From an uncultured Phycisphaerae bacterium (lineage in GTDB: Bacteria > Planctomycetota > Phycisphaerae > SM23-33): DNA of 64,000 nucleotides. Shown here piece after piece: positions 48,433 through 59,645 of the stretch. Within the stretch, counting starts at the first letter, position 1, and every line of letters begins with the position of its first letter. The notes under the pieces are model-generated. The model saw only the letters and a program-made list of their open reading frames with translations, was not told the DNA's origin and did no database searches. The position numbers and the translations under genes were made by a program. The stretch spans positions 27,452 through 91,451 of the forward strand of contig CAVXDC010000004.1 in the NCBI GenBank assembly GCA_963760365.1, written 5' to 3'.

Positions 48433-48882
48433 ATGATCATCGCCGATCTCAACATGATTGCCGGCCGAACCTATCCGGCCCGGAGACGGACGCAAAACCT
48501 CGTGGGCGGGAGTTCGCCCATCCAGGCCCGGAACTTCTGCATGGGTTACGTGACGCTGGAACCTTGCGGCGGCCAGGTGCCCTGGCACAACCAGGAACAG
48601 GAAGAGGTGTACTTCGTCATCTCCGGCATCGGGGAGATGTGCCTGGGGCAGGAGCGTCAGACGCTCCAGGCCGGCCAGGCCGCATACGTTCCCCCCGGCC
48701 AATACCATCAACTCACCAACATTGGCGACCAGCCGCTGGTGATGCTTTACTGCTATGGGCCAGCGGGCGACGTGGCGCACTGGCATCAGGAACTGGAAGG
48801 CACACTGCCCCGGGCCGGGGGCGAAGCGCCGCCGCTGCCCGAAGGCGCTGCACCGCAGTGCACCGAAGCGCCCAGGAAGTAA
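48433..48882 (+). CDS. cupin domain protein
   Basis: PWHNQEQEEVYFVISGIGEM...YVPPGQYHQLTNIG matches the cupin motifs G(X)5HxH-like and PxG..H..N. Confidence 0.65.
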   Translation: MIIADLNMIAGRTYPARRRTQNLVGGSSPIQARNFCMGYVTLEPCGGQVPWHNQEQEEVYFVISGIGEMCLGQERQTLQAGQAAYVPPGQYHQLTNIGDQPLVMLYCYGPAGDVAHWHQELEGTLPRAGGEAPPLPEGAAPQCTEAPRK

Positions 48883-48919
48883 TCCGGGGCTAGAGAGGAT
48901 GCATCAGCAAGGGACACCC

Positions 48920-50075
48920 ATGCCAAAGAAGAGCCACACGATTGGGATTATTGTGAACGGCGCCACCGGCCGGATGGGGAGCACGCAGCACGTCATGCGA
49001 TCGATCGTGGCGATCATCCAGCAGGGAGGCGTCAAGACGGCCGATGGCGAGACGATCATGCCAGATCCGGTGTTAGTAGACCGGTGGCCGGACAAGCTCA
49101 AGACACTCTCAGCCGCCTCGGGTGTAACAAAGTTTACCACAAGCGTGGATGAGGCTCTGGGGGACCCGCATAACGTAGTCTACTTCGATGCCCAGGCAAC
49201 GAGGTTCCGCGTGGCGAGCGTCTCGAAGGCCATCGCCGCGGGGAAACACATCTATTGCGAGAAGCCCACCGGTGTGACGGCCGAGGAGGCCTACGGCCTG
49301 TACCGCCAGGCGCGACGCGGGGGTCGAGCACGGTGTGGTACAGGACAAGCTGTGGCTGCCGGGTCTGATGAAGCTCAAGAAATTGCGGGAGGAGGGGTTT
49401 TTCGGGCGGATCCTGTCGGTCCGCGGGGAGTTCGGCTACTGGGTGTTTGAGGGCGACCGCGTCCAGGGCCAGCGGCCGAGCTGGAATTACCGCAAGGCCG
49501 ATGGCGGCAGCATCATCATCGACATGTTCTGCCATTGGCGCTACGTGCTGGACAATCTCTTTGGGCAGGTCCGGGCCGTCTCGTGCCTGGGCGCCACGCA
49601 TATCCCCCGTCGGTGGGATGAATCGGGCAAGCCCTACGACTGCACGGCCGACGACGCCGCCTACGCTACCTTCGAGTTGGAGGGCGGGATCGTCGCCCAG
49701 TTCAACTCCTCCTGGGCCGTCCGCGTGCGGCGGGACGATCTGCTGACGATCCAGGTGGACGGCACCGAAGGCTCCGCCGTGGCGGGTCTGCGGCAGTGCT
49801 GGAGTCAATCCTATAAGGCCACCCCGCGGCCGACGTGGAACCCCGACGTCGATTCGCCCATCAACTTCTTCGACGGCTGGACACCCGTGCCCGACACGCA
49901 ACCCTACGACAACGCCTTCAAGGCGCAGTGGGAACTTTTCCTCCGCCACGTGGTCAAGGACGAGCCCTTCCCCTGGACCCTGCTGGAAGGGGCCAAGGGA
50001 ATGCAATTGGCTGAAAAGGGTCTGGAGTCCTGGTCCAGGCGGTCCTGGGTGGACGTGCCTTCCCTGGCCCGTTGA
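48920..50075 (+). CDS. Gfo/Idh/MocA-family oxidoreductase, one apparent frameshift at the G5 run 49319-49323
   Basis: The N-terminal Rossmann part is [13 protein letters not shown]...HIYCEKP. The C-terminal alpha/beta domain is in ORF 49335-50075 ([25 protein letters not shown]...). Confidence 0.8.
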
Positions 50076-50266
50076 GATGCTTGGCCGCCACGGGGCACTG
50101 GGCTGGGTCTGGGGGCGGCTGGAGGGCTCTTCTTTGCTCGGCGCAGCCCCCAACAGGTGTCGGATAGTTTTTTTTCCGTCCCATAAAAGCTTGATCTCGA
50201 CGAAGGAGCGCGGCGGGAAGTTTTTAGTCTTGTCAACGTTTGGGCAACGGGGTACAAGTCAGCGGC

Positions 50267-50671
50267 ATGAGGACTTTGGCGACGATCATCCTCGCCGGCT
50301 TAGGACTGACGGCTGGCGGATGCCTGGAACGCCAGATGACCATCACATCCCAACCGGAAGGGGCGCTGGTGTACGTTTCCGACGTTGAGGTTGGCCGAAC
50401 GCCCGTGACCGTCCCGTTCACCTGGTATGGCGACTACGACATCATCCTCCGCCTGGACGGCTACGAAACGCTTCAGACGCACGCCAAGCTGTATCCGCCG
50501 ATCTACGAAGTGCCGCCGGTGGACCTCCTGAGCGAGATCGCGCCGTGGACCTATCGAGACCGCCGCTATCTGCACTACACGCTCCACCAGGCCTTCAGCC
50601 CACCGGATGATGAGCTCATCCAGCGGGCTGAGAACATGCGGGAAGAAAACCTTCGCCCGGTGAAGCGCTAA
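50267..50671 (+). CDS. PEGA domain lipoprotein
   Basis: Lipobox LTAGGC, then SQPEGALVYVSDVEVGRTPVTVPF, which is the PEGA motif. Confidence 0.7.
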   Translation: MRTLATIILAGLGLTAGGCLERQMTITSQPEGALVYVSDVEVGRTPVTVPFTWYGDYDIILRLDGYETLQTHAKLYPPIYEVPPVDLLSEIAPWTYRDRRYLHYTLHQAFSPPDDELIQRAENMREENLRPVKR

Positions 50672-50673
50672 AG

Positions 50674-51576
50674 TTACACGGGGACTTTGTGGGGTTCGCC
50701 GGACCCCAGCGGGGTAGGCTCTTGGATGTCCGCGTCGTCCGAGGGTTCGGGAGATTCCTCTTCCAGGCGCCGCTGCACCTCCAGGACTTCGGGAAACAGC
50801 CTCGCCAGGCTGCGAAGGTCGATCAACCGCATGCTGTCGCGGGTGAGGTTGTCGTCAATGCGGAAAAGCTCTCCTGCGGCGTCGAAGTGATACACCTCGT
50901 CCATCTGGCCTTGGAGGAAGTTGCTCCGCAGGCGGACTTTGCCGTCGCCCAGGGGGGTCAGGGTGACGGCCGTAAAGTGGACGCTGTTTTCCACGAGGGA
51001 CTCGGGATTATAGGTGAAGCAGAACCTCACTTCAGCCGACGTGCGAGACACCTGGGCCGCCAGGAGGGGCAGCAGCCCTTCGGGAATGTAGTTCGCCGGA
51101 ACGGGGCTTGTGGCCTGACTTGTGCTTCCCGCCCACGGCTTGGTTACGATGACCTGACCGTCGCGGAGAGTGATCTGCGTGTCGGGCAGATCCCGCCCGC
51201 CGAGGGTGGCCGTGTAGAATCCTTGGGTCGCGGCAGGATCTATCGTCCAGCTCTCTCCCTGTTGCAAACCCCCGATGCGCAGCAGGGTGATCCCGGAATA
51301 GCCTTTACCGGCCGGCTTCCGCGCGCGGACCATGAAGCCCACCGCCTGGCCGGACGAATCCCGAACCAGGTACCATCGCGACAACTCCTGCGAGCCCCAG
51401 TATGGCGATAGCGTCTTATCTCGAATCCCGCGCAGGAGGTCCTTGGCCCGGGCGGCTGGCGCCTGCCTGGACCGCACCAACGACCAGGCCGCCAGCACGC
51501 TGCCGACCAGGATCGCCAAAAGGACCAGGCTCAGCAACCATTGGCGGCGTCTTTCCAATAATCCCATGGCCGACAT
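50674..51576 (-). CDS. hypothetical membrane-anchored protein
   Basis: The N-terminal anchor is MSAMGLLERRRQWLLSLVLLAILVGSVLAAW, followed by a globular domain of about 270 aa. The upstream part of the 431-aa ORF was discarded. No family recognised. Confidence 0.5.
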   Translation of the reverse strand: MSAMGLLERRRQWLLSLVLLAILVGSVLAAWSLVRSRQAPAARAKDLLRGIRDKTLSPYWGSQELSRWYLVRDSSGQAVGFMVRARKPAGKGYSGITLLRIGGLQQGESWTIDPAATQGFYTATLGGRDLPDTQITLRDGQVIVTKPWAGSTSQATSPVPANYIPEGLLPLLAAQVSRTSAEVRFCFTYNPESLVENSVHFTAVTLTPLGDGKVRLRSNFLQGQMDEVYHFDAAGELFRIDDNLTRDSMRLIDLRSLARLFPEVLEVQRRLEEESPEPSDDADIQEPTPLGSGEPHKVPV

Positions 51577-51883
51577 CCTACGCGGCAAACTTACAAAGTA
51601 AAGCGCCACGGCCTTTGACCGAACCCTTGGGCGAGCTTGACGTCTTATACAGTAGCCGTGAGAATGACCCATCGTCGATGTCCGGCAACCCTTTTGACAT
51701 TCGCATGACCCATGCGATGGCCCTTCGCCATCCATCTTGCGAGGCTGGCTGCGATTCGCCTCCGGCGAATCGCTTTGGCAACGTGAAGTCCCATAGGATG
51801 TGCCCATCGAGGAAGGCAACGTCTTGACCAGGCGCAGCGGCCATGTCGGCAGTTCCGGGAAAACCTCTCCCACGCGTGGGGCG

Positions 51884-53674
51884 ATGGAGGACAATCTACC
51901 GATGGCGATCTTCCAAGGGCGGGTGGAGCTCCACCGGCGATGGAGCGTGGCGCTGCTGTGCCTGCTCACCTCCGTGTTGCTGACAGTTTCTTTTGCGCCT
52001 TTCGATTGCTGGATGCTGGCTTACGTGGCCCTGGTTCCCTGGACGATCGCCTTGGGCGGTGCCAAGGGCGTCTGGGCGGTGCTGTGGGCGACAGCGGCGG
52101 GGGCGCTGTTCTGGGCAGGTAACCTGTACTGGTTATGGTGGATCACGCTGGTGGGATACGGGGCGATGGTCATCTACCTGATGGCGTACTGGCTGGTGGC
52201 CGCCATAGTCCTGAGAGGAGCCTTCCGTCGCCGCTGGCCGATGTGGCTGGCGCTACCGATCGTCTGGACGGCCTTGGAGTATGCCCGTGCGCACATCATC
52301 AGCGGCTTTCCCTGGTTCTTCCTGGCCCACAGCCAGTACAGCCGCAGTGCCCTCATCCAGGTGGCGGATATGACCGGCCAGTACGGCGTGTCGTTCTTCG
52401 TGGCAATGGTTAACGGGGCGATCGTCGATCTGATCACGTTACCGCTGTTCGTCCAGCCGAGGGGTAGGGGACTTGCCAGGCTGTCGCCACACGTGCTGGG
52501 GGGGATGGTCATTTCGGCGGCCACGGCCGTCGCAATGGTCGCCTACGGCACTTGGCGGTTGGGCCAGCAGACGACCCAGGCCGGGCCCGTGATCGGCATC
52601 GTCCAGCAGGCCTTTCCCATCACCCTGCATGGACGAGACTGCCCCACGCAGGAGATTCTTGACGCCCACCTGACCGCCAGCCGCACCTTTTTAGGCGCCG
52701 GATGCGACCTGGTCATCTGGCCGGAGACGATGCTGCCGGAAGGACTGAACGAGGAGTTTTTAAGCCTCGACGAGCAGCAGCTTGCTCCGCAGGATCGCCA
52801 GACGCTCCAGGAACTCCACGGCCAGGCCCGCAGCGTGGTCCGCTTGGCGGAGCAGTTGGGTTGTCCCATCCTGGCGGGGGGCGTGACGGTCCATCGCAAT
52901 ATCGGCCCGCGGGTTGACGACGAGGAGGCGTGGCTGCTGCGCAACAGCGCCCTGTGGTTCGACGGTCAGACGCCCTGGGCCAACCGATACTACGCCAAGA
53001 TGCACCTGGTACCTTTCGGTGAGTACGTGCCGTTCAAACAGTCCTGGCCGGCGTTGCACAAACTGCTGCGACGGTTCGTGCCGCCGGTGATGTCCCAACT
53101 GGACCCGGGGATCATGCCCACGGTGTTCGACCTGGAGCGGCCGGCGGGTCGGTGGGCGATTGCGACCCCGATCTGCTACGAGGGAGTGTTCCCCAACGTC
53201 TGTCGGCCACTGGTCATGCGGGGCCAGCGGAAGGCGGCAGACATCCTGGTGAACATGTCCAACGACGGTTGGTTCGTATGGAAGTGGGGCACCGGCCCTT
53301 ACCGCGGCAGCACGGAGCACTCCCAGCACCTGGTGCAGTCCTGTTTCCGCGCGGTGGAATGCCGCGTGCCGGTGGTCCGCGCAGTCAACACGGGGATCAG
53401 CGCGTCGATCGACTCCTGTGGCCGGATCGTCGCCCTGATGGGAGGCCAAAGGCAAACCATGGTCAAGGCCACCCTGTTGCTGAGCTGGGACACCGTGCGG
53501 GTCCAGGACCGCTCGACACCCGCGTATGGTCCGAAGGTGCTTGTGGACCGTCGTATCAGTTTGTATAGTCTTGTCGGCGATGCCTTTGCCTCAGCCGTTG
53601 CACTGGCCGCAGCGGCGATGACGGCAGGGCTTATTCTCAGTAAATCCAAGGCAAGCAGGAAAGGCCGGCAATGA
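51884..53674 (+). CDS. lnt: apolipoprotein N-acyltransferase
   Basis: It has an N-terminal polytopic domain plus a CN-hydrolase domain (LVIWPETMLP, ICYEGVFP, NMSNDGWF). Confidence 0.88.
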   Translation: MEDNLPMAIFQGRVELHRRWSVALLCLLTSVLLTVSFAPFDCWMLAYVALVPWTIALGGAKGVWAVLWATAAGALFWAGNLYWLWWITLVGYGAMVIYLMAYWLVAAIVLRGAFRRRWPMWLALPIVWTALEYARAHIISGFPWFFLAHSQYSRSALIQVADMTGQYGVSFFVAMVNGAIVDLITLPLFVQPRGRGLARLSPHVLGGMVISAATAVAMVAYGTWRLGQQTTQAGPVIGIVQQAFPITLHGRDCPTQEILDAHLTASRTFLGAGCDLVIWPETMLPEGLNEEFLSLDEQQLAPQDRQTLQELHGQARSVVRLAEQLGCPILAGGVTVHRNIGPRVDDEEAWLLRNSALWFDGQTPWANRYYAKMHLVPFGEYVPFKQSWPALHKLLRRFVPPVMSQLDPGIMPTVFDLERPAGRWAIATPICYEGVFPNVCRPLVMRGQRKAADILVNMSNDGWFVWKWGTGPYRGSTEHSQHLVQSCFRAVECRVPVVRAVNTGISASIDSCGRIVALMGGQRQTMVKATLLLSWDTVRVQDRSTPAYGPKVLVDRRISLYSLVGDAFASAVALAAAAMTAGLILSKSKASRKGRQ

Positions 53675-54900
53675 TCGCAAGGTCACGGTGGTCTCCCAAG
53701 GCCAGGGCGATGGGATTTCTCGTCGCAACGGCAGCCTGCTTGGCCGGTTGCGGACAGCAGACTCCCATCGACCTCAGCAAAGTTTACGCCGACGCTCGCG
53801 CGACCTTGGACCGCTGTCTGGCTGACCCAGACGGCTTTACGCGGTCCCATGCCATCGAGGCGCTGGCGGAGACGATAGGGCCCCATGCCGGACAGGACTA
53901 CGAAAGGGCTTTGAGCGATCCTGCTCCGCCGGTCCGCTTTGCCGCGGCGATGGCCATTGGAGACACCCGCTACGTCCCCGCCAAGGACTACCTGGTGAGG
54001 ATGGCCGAGAACAAGGAGTTGGAGCCAGACCGCCGCGTGATGCCGGCGGTGATCTTCGCCCTCTACCGCCTGGGAGACTCCACCTACGCCGCGGAGCTGT
54101 ATCCTTTGCTCTTCGACACCGAAAAAGAGGTTCGCGCCAACGCCGCGCTGGTCATGGGCAAGATGCAGGAGCCGTCGGCCATCGGCCCGCTCAAGACGAG
54201 GATGAACGACGAGCAGGACCCCCTGGTGCGGTTACAGATCATCGAGTCGCTGGCCACGCTGGGCGACACCGCCAGCGCGTTGAGCCTGGAGGCCTACACC
54301 AAGAAGACGCCGTACCTGGACGAGCGGCTGGTCGCGATTCCCGCCATGGCCCGCGTCCGCTCGACGACCGCCCCGCAGGTACTGCACGAGTTGCTGGAGT
54401 CCAGCCAGCCGCCTCGCGTCCGCGTGTCGGCGGCGGGGGCCCTGGGTATGCTGGGGCAATCCAGCCTGACCGGTCTGGCGCTGTGCCGGTCGGCGGCGGC
54501 CAACCCGCAGAGGGTCTTGGACAACGCCTATGGCGGACGACGGGCCGGAAGCGAATTGGAGGCCGGTTCCCTCCAGAGGCTGGCAGCCATCGCGCTGGGC
54601 TGGATGAACAACGAAAGCGTTATCCCGGAACTGCACTCTCTGTTGAGCAACCCTGACGGGGCCGTCCGCGCCGCCGCGGCCATGAGCATCTTGCGCCTCC
54701 TGCCGGGCTACCAGCAGCCGCTGCCGCCCGCAGCCCTGGCCCCACCGCAACCCACGGAGCCACCGGAGGCGGTGCAGCCCCCGGCCGCAACGCCTGCTCC
54801 TGCCGAACAAGCCGTGACGCCACCCCCTCCGCCACCGCTACCTGCTCCCCACCCACCCGCGGGGACGTGGAAGCTGCGTACCTCCGGCGGCAAGGACTAA
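53671..54900 (+). CDS. HEAT-repeat lipoprotein with Pro-rich C-terminus
   Basis: Lipobox LAGCG. HEAT-like units repeat (RSHAIEALAE, PVRFAAAMAIGD, EVRANAALVMGK, RVRVSAAGALG, AVRAAAAMS). The start shares an ATGA overlap with lnt. Confidence 0.7.
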   Translation: MIARSRWSPKARAMGFLVATAACLAGCGQQTPIDLSKVYADARATLDRCLADPDGFTRSHAIEALAETIGPHAGQDYERALSDPAPPVRFAAAMAIGDTRYVPAKDYLVRMAENKELEPDRRVMPAVIFALYRLGDSTYAAELYPLLFDTEKEVRANAALVMGKMQEPSAIGPLKTRMNDEQDPLVRLQIIESLATLGDTASALSLEAYTKKTPYLDERLVAIPAMARVRSTTAPQVLHELLESSQPPRVRVSAAGALGMLGQSSLTGLALCRSAAANPQRVLDNAYGGRRAGSELEAGSLQRLAAIALGWMNNESVIPELHSLLSNPDGAVRAAAAMSILRLLPGYQQPLPPAALAPPQPTEPPEAVQPPAATPAPAEQAVTPPPPPPLPAPHPPAGTWKLRTSGGKD

Positions 54901-54935
54901 AAAAATACATCGCCCTGCGACGCTTTTGATTTTGC

Positions 54936-54963
54936 TTGACTTGGCAGAGGTGCCAAATAGAAT
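54936..54963 (+). promoter_or_regulatory. sigma70-type promoter (TTGACT-N16-TAGAAT)
   Basis: The hexamers were read directly, about 105 nt upstream of the TTG start at 55070, which is preceded by GGAG. Confidence 0.45.
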
Positions 54964-55069
54964 CGCCCTCTAGCCCCCTGCGCTGCGGAGGTGTCGGCCC
55001 CCAGGGATGGTTGTGTGATGTTCGGCCTAGCAGGGCGGGAAGGCGGAGCTTGTACGAAGGAGATAGCGC

Positions 55070-55921
55070 TTGGGTATCCTCACGAAAATTTCCATCGTGG
55101 TTCTCGTGGTGCTCATCCTGCTGGCCTGTCCGGTGTTCATCACCCAGGCCACGGTGGCGCCGGAGTACTTTCTGGCCTACAAAGCCAGCAAGACGGAGAA
55201 CGAGATCAATGCCCAGGCCGTCCGCGCCGGCATGCTTGCCCTCCAGCAGATGACCGCGGAGCGCGACCGCCTGGCGGCGGCGCTGACCAAGGACACCGGG
55301 GCGATGCAGGCGGAGATCGATCGCCTCAAGGCCGATTTATCATCCGAGCGCCAGCGGACGGCCAAGTTGGACAACGACCTGGCCTTGATCAACGGCGAGC
55401 TGGCCAAGCTCCGCGCCGATTACCAGAGCAACACCGAGCGAACCAAGGCCCTGGTGGAGCAGCGGGACGACGCATTCAAGAAGGTCCAGATGCTGAACGA
55501 CGAAACCCGCCGCCTGAGCGATCAACTCAAGCAGACGCAGCTCGACATGGACCGCCAGGGGGGAATCATCAAGACGCTGCGCGAGCAATTGGCGGAACGG
55601 GACGATCGCCTCCGGCAGATGGAGCAGCAGTTCGGCGTCAAGGCTCCTCCCGCCGCCGCGCCGGAGGCGCGTGAGGCCGCACCCCGTCCTGCCGTTCCCA
55701 TCAACGGGACGGTCACCAGTGTCCGGGGCGACCTGGCGAGCATCAACATCGGCTCGGCCAAAGGCGTCCAACCCGGCATGCAATTGATCATCTACCGCGG
55801 CGCGGAGTTCGTCGCCAAGCTTCGCGTGGACCAAGTTGATGTGGGCCAGGCCGCGGGGGTCATCTCCGACAAGCGACTGGACCCGCTCCAAGGCGACAAG
55901 GTCACCGACAGGCTGGAATAG
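55070..55921 (+). CDS. hypothetical membrane-anchored coiled-coil protein
   Basis: TTG start with an SD sequence. It has an N-terminal TM (ISIVVLVVLILLACPVFI), about 170 aa of heptad-like coiled coil, and a C-terminal beta-rich domain (GTVTSVRGDLASINIGSAKGVQPGMQLIIYRG). Confidence 0.6.
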   Translation: MGILTKISIVVLVVLILLACPVFITQATVAPEYFLAYKASKTENEINAQAVRAGMLALQQMTAERDRLAAALTKDTGAMQAEIDRLKADLSSERQRTAKLDNDLALINGELAKLRADYQSNTERTKALVEQRDDAFKKVQMLNDETRRLSDQLKQTQLDMDRQGGIIKTLREQLAERDDRLRQMEQQFGVKAPPAAAPEAREAAPRPAVPINGTVTSVRGDLASINIGSAKGVQPGMQLIIYRGAEFVAKLRVDQVDVGQAAGVISDKRLDPLQGDKVTDRLE

Positions 55922-55932
55922 CAGGAGCGAGC

Positions 55933-56136
55933 ATGACGCACATTCCGGTCCAGCCCCCCATCCAGGTCAAACCGCAGCCCGACGTGTATACCGTCTTGAT
56001 CGTGGTGGCGATTCTGATACTGGCGGTGACGGTGGGAGTGTCGCTATATTATCTCCTGGCCGCTCCACCCACCGGGTGCGGTCTGTCGTTCGGCGACCTG
56101 TTCGGCAAGGTGGCGCCGCCGGGCGCCGGAAAGTAG
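55933..56136 (+). CDS. hypothetical small membrane protein
   Basis: A 67-aa protein with one TM (VYTVLIVVAILILAVTVGVSLYYLL), 11 nt after the preceding gene. Confidence 0.45.
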   Translation: MTHIPVQPPIQVKPQPDVYTVLIVVAILILAVTVGVSLYYLLAAPPTGCGLSFGDLFGKVAPPGAGK

Positions 56137-56231
56137 CGGACATGAGGCCGCCGATCCGGCTTGGGCAGGGATGCTTTCGAGCGAGACGCTGCCGGGCCGG
56201 TTGGGAAACCGGCTGAGAAAACGGTTCTACC

Positions 56232-57288
<1,057 letters not shown>

Positions 57289-57298
57289 CTTAACAACA

Positions 57299-57352
57299 GG
57301 GAACAGGGATCAGGAACCAGGGACTGGGGGAAAGGGAAGGGGGGACAAAGGG
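57299..57352 (+). other. G-tract cluster (eight runs of 3 or more G within 54 nt)
   Basis: GGGAACAGGGATCAGGAACCAGGGACTGGGGGAAAGGGAAGGGGGGACAAAGGG was read directly, in the convergent mreB/cinA spacer. Confidence 0.8.
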
Positions 57353-57382
57353 TGTTACCTTCAGCAGCCGCCCCTCCTTTCG

Positions 57383-58624
57383 CTAGTGTCCGCCTTGACC
57401 CATCAGCGCCAGCCTGAGGTGGTTGAGCGCCGTAAGGGCGGCACGCAGGCGGACGATCTCCCGCGTTCCCGGCAAGAGGTATCTGTAGACGTCCACGCCC
57501 GCCTTCCCCGCCAGGCCCACGTAAACCAGGCCCACGGGCTTGTCCTCGCTGCCGCCGCCCGGACCGGCAATACCGGTGACGCCAAGGGCCCAGTTGGCCT
57601 TCAAGCGTTTGCGGCACCCTTCGGCCATGGCCGCTGCCACCTGCTCGCTGACCGCCCCGAAGCGCTCCAGCAACTCCACCGGCACATCGAGCTGCTCGCG
57701 TTTCAGCCGGTCAGCATAGGCAACGACGCCCCCAAGGTAATAGTCGCTCGACCCCGGCATGGAGGTGACGAGCTGGCCGACCAGGCCCCCCGTGCAGCTT
57801 TCCGCCGTGGCCAGCGTGGCCCGGGCCTGGCGGAGTAATTGCCCCACGACGTCAGGCAGGGTCTGCTCATCAACCCCGACGGCCAGGCTGCCCAGCCGGC
57901 GGTTGATTTCCGCGATGGTCTGCTCAGCCAGTTCCGCCGCCTCCTGCCGGCTCGGGCCTGCTGAGACCACGCGGACGGTCACCAACCCGGCTGAGACGGT
58001 CGTGCCGACGGCGGGATTTTTACCACGTTGCATCAGGTCGGTTAGTCGGCCGGCAATGTCCGACTCGCCTTCACCAAAGCAATGCACCATCCGGTGCACG
58101 AAGCACCGGCCGGCTCCATGTAGGCGGGGCGCGACGGCGCTGTCGAACATGGCCTGCATCTCGTGTGGCACGCCGGGCAAAACATAGACGTTCGTTTCGC
58201 CTAGCTGCGCAGCCAAACCCGGCGCAGTGCCGGCCGTGTTGGGAAGGGACTGCGCCCCGGCGGGAACCATCGCCTGGATGCGGTTGGCCGGCGGCATGGT
58301 CCGGTGGCGGCGGAGGAAAAAGTCCTCGATCTCCGCTAGGCGGTCACAGTCCAGCACCAGCTCAACGCCCATGGCCGCTGCCAAGGCCTGGCGGGTCAGG
58401 TCGTCGGGCGTCGGTCCCAGCCCGCCCGTGACCAGCACAACGTCCGCCCCCGACGCCGCCGAGGAAATGGCCTGGGCGATTGTTCGCTGGTCGTCGCCGA
58501 CCGTCCTGTGCTCGACGACGAGGATGCCCAATTCCCCCAGCCGCCGGGCCAGGGAGGCGCTGTTGGTGTCTACCGTCTGGCCGCTGACCAGCTCGTCGCC
58601 GACAGATAAAAGGATCGCCTTCAT
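57383..58624 (-). CDS. cinA: CinA-family protein (MoCF-binding domain plus nicotinamide-nucleotide amidohydrolase PncC domain)
   Basis: MKAILLSVGDELVSGQTVDTNSASLARRL...VLVTGGLGPTPDDLT... followed by the C-terminal ESCTGG motif. Confidence 0.9.
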   Translation of the reverse strand: MKAILLSVGDELVSGQTVDTNSASLARRLGELGILVVEHRTVGDDQRTIAQAISSAASGADVVLVTGGLGPTPDDLTRQALAAAMGVELVLDCDRLAEIEDFFLRRHRTMPPANRIQAMVPAGAQSLPNTAGTAPGLAAQLGETNVYVLPGVPHEMQAMFDSAVAPRLHGAGRCFVHRMVHCFGEGESDIAGRLTDLMQRGKNPAVGTTVSAGLVTVRVVSAGPSRQEAAELAEQTIAEINRRLGSLAVGVDEQTLPDVVGQLLRQARATLATAESCTGGLVGQLVTSMPGSSDYYLGGVVAYADRLKREQLDVPVELLERFGAVSEQVAAAMAEGCRKRLKANWALGVTGIAGPGGGSEDKPVGLVYVGLAGKAGVDVYRYLLPGTREIVRLRAALTALNHLRLALMGQGGH

Positions 58625-58959
58625 GCCAAATAGACCTTATCCATAGCCACGCCGCAACGGGGACAGGTATCAGGGGTGGTGGCTTCTTCCGGTGCGAACA
58701 GGCGCAGGCAGTGTGGGCACCTCCGCATGCCACCGGCCGCCGGCTGCGTGGCCGCTGCGCCTGCGCTTGACAACTGCCTGGCCGCGCGTCGCAAAATCAC
58801 CCAAGTCGGTATCGCCGTGATCGCCAAAGAAATAAGAAACCACTTCAGGCCACCGCGTCTCAACCGTCGCATCCGCACCGCGGCTACCGCGCACGTGGCC
58901 AGATGCACACCCGCAGCACCGGCGACCAGGAACCCCAGCGTCAAGGAAGCGGCGTCCAT
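58621..58959 (-). CDS. hypothetical membrane protein with C-terminal zinc ribbon
   Basis: It has two TM helices, then CPHC...CPRC. The stop overlaps the cinA start (ATGA). Confidence 0.5.
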   Translation of the reverse strand: MDAASLTLGFLVAGAAGVHLATCAVAAVRMRRLRRGGLKWFLISLAITAIPTWVILRRAARQLSSAGAAATQPAAGGMRRCPHCLRLFAPEEATTPDTCPRCGVAMDKVYLA

Positions 58960-59105
58960 GTCGATATCTTAGCGACTCACCGTCTGCAAAAAAGCCCCGG
59001 CAGGCTGCGCTTTGGCCTCAAGGCGGCAGAGAGTATAATACGCGTTTTACACCGCCGGCGTGGCGGGTGTCGAGGATAGTCATAGTTAAGGGAGTCTATT
59101 CGCCA

Positions 59106-59582
59106 ATGGCGTGGCGTGGATGGCTGTGGATCACCCTTGCTGGTTGCCTGACCGGTGGAGGGTGTGCGGGTAATATTTATGATGAAGGTCGAGCAGAGGC
59201 TGCGGCCATCTCGCTGCGTCGCACCTGGAAGGTCACCGGCGATATGCAATCCGTCGCCTCGGCCATCGATCAGAACATCGGCACTGCTGCCGTCAGCAGC
59301 ACCTCGGACGGCAAGGGCACGATCACCATTGATCTAAGCAAACCCTGCCTGTTCAACATGGTGGTGATCGAGCATGGCAACAACGAGATGGGTTTTGCCC
59401 GCCGCGTGGCCGTGCTGACCAGCCTGGATGGAGAAATCTTCACGCAGCGCTATGCCGGCCTGGGGACGCGGCGGGTGACGATCCTGTATATGGGCGCCCC
59501 GGTGCTGGCCCGGTTCGTCCGCCTGCGAGCGTTGGTCGCCGGCGACCACCCCTGGTCCGTGGCTGAAGTTTATTTGCAATAG
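59106..59582 (+). CDS. discoidin (F5/8 type C)-like domain lipoprotein
   Basis: Lipobox LAGCLTGGGC. The C-terminal ...ARFVRLRALVAGDHPWSVAEVYLQ is the typical end of a discoidin/galactose-binding-like domain. Confidence 0.6.
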   Translation: MAWRGWLWITLAGCLTGGGCAGNIYDEGRAEAAAISLRRTWKVTGDMQSVASAIDQNIGTAAVSSTSDGKGTITIDLSKPCLFNMVVIEHGNNEMGFARRVAVLTSLDGEIFTQRYAGLGTRRVTILYMGAPVLARFVRLRALVAGDHPWSVAEVYLQ

Positions 59583-59645
59583 CAACCACCACATCGACCG
59601 CCGATTTGCCTGCGGGGCTAGGCGGATGGGAGCCACCCAGGCTGT

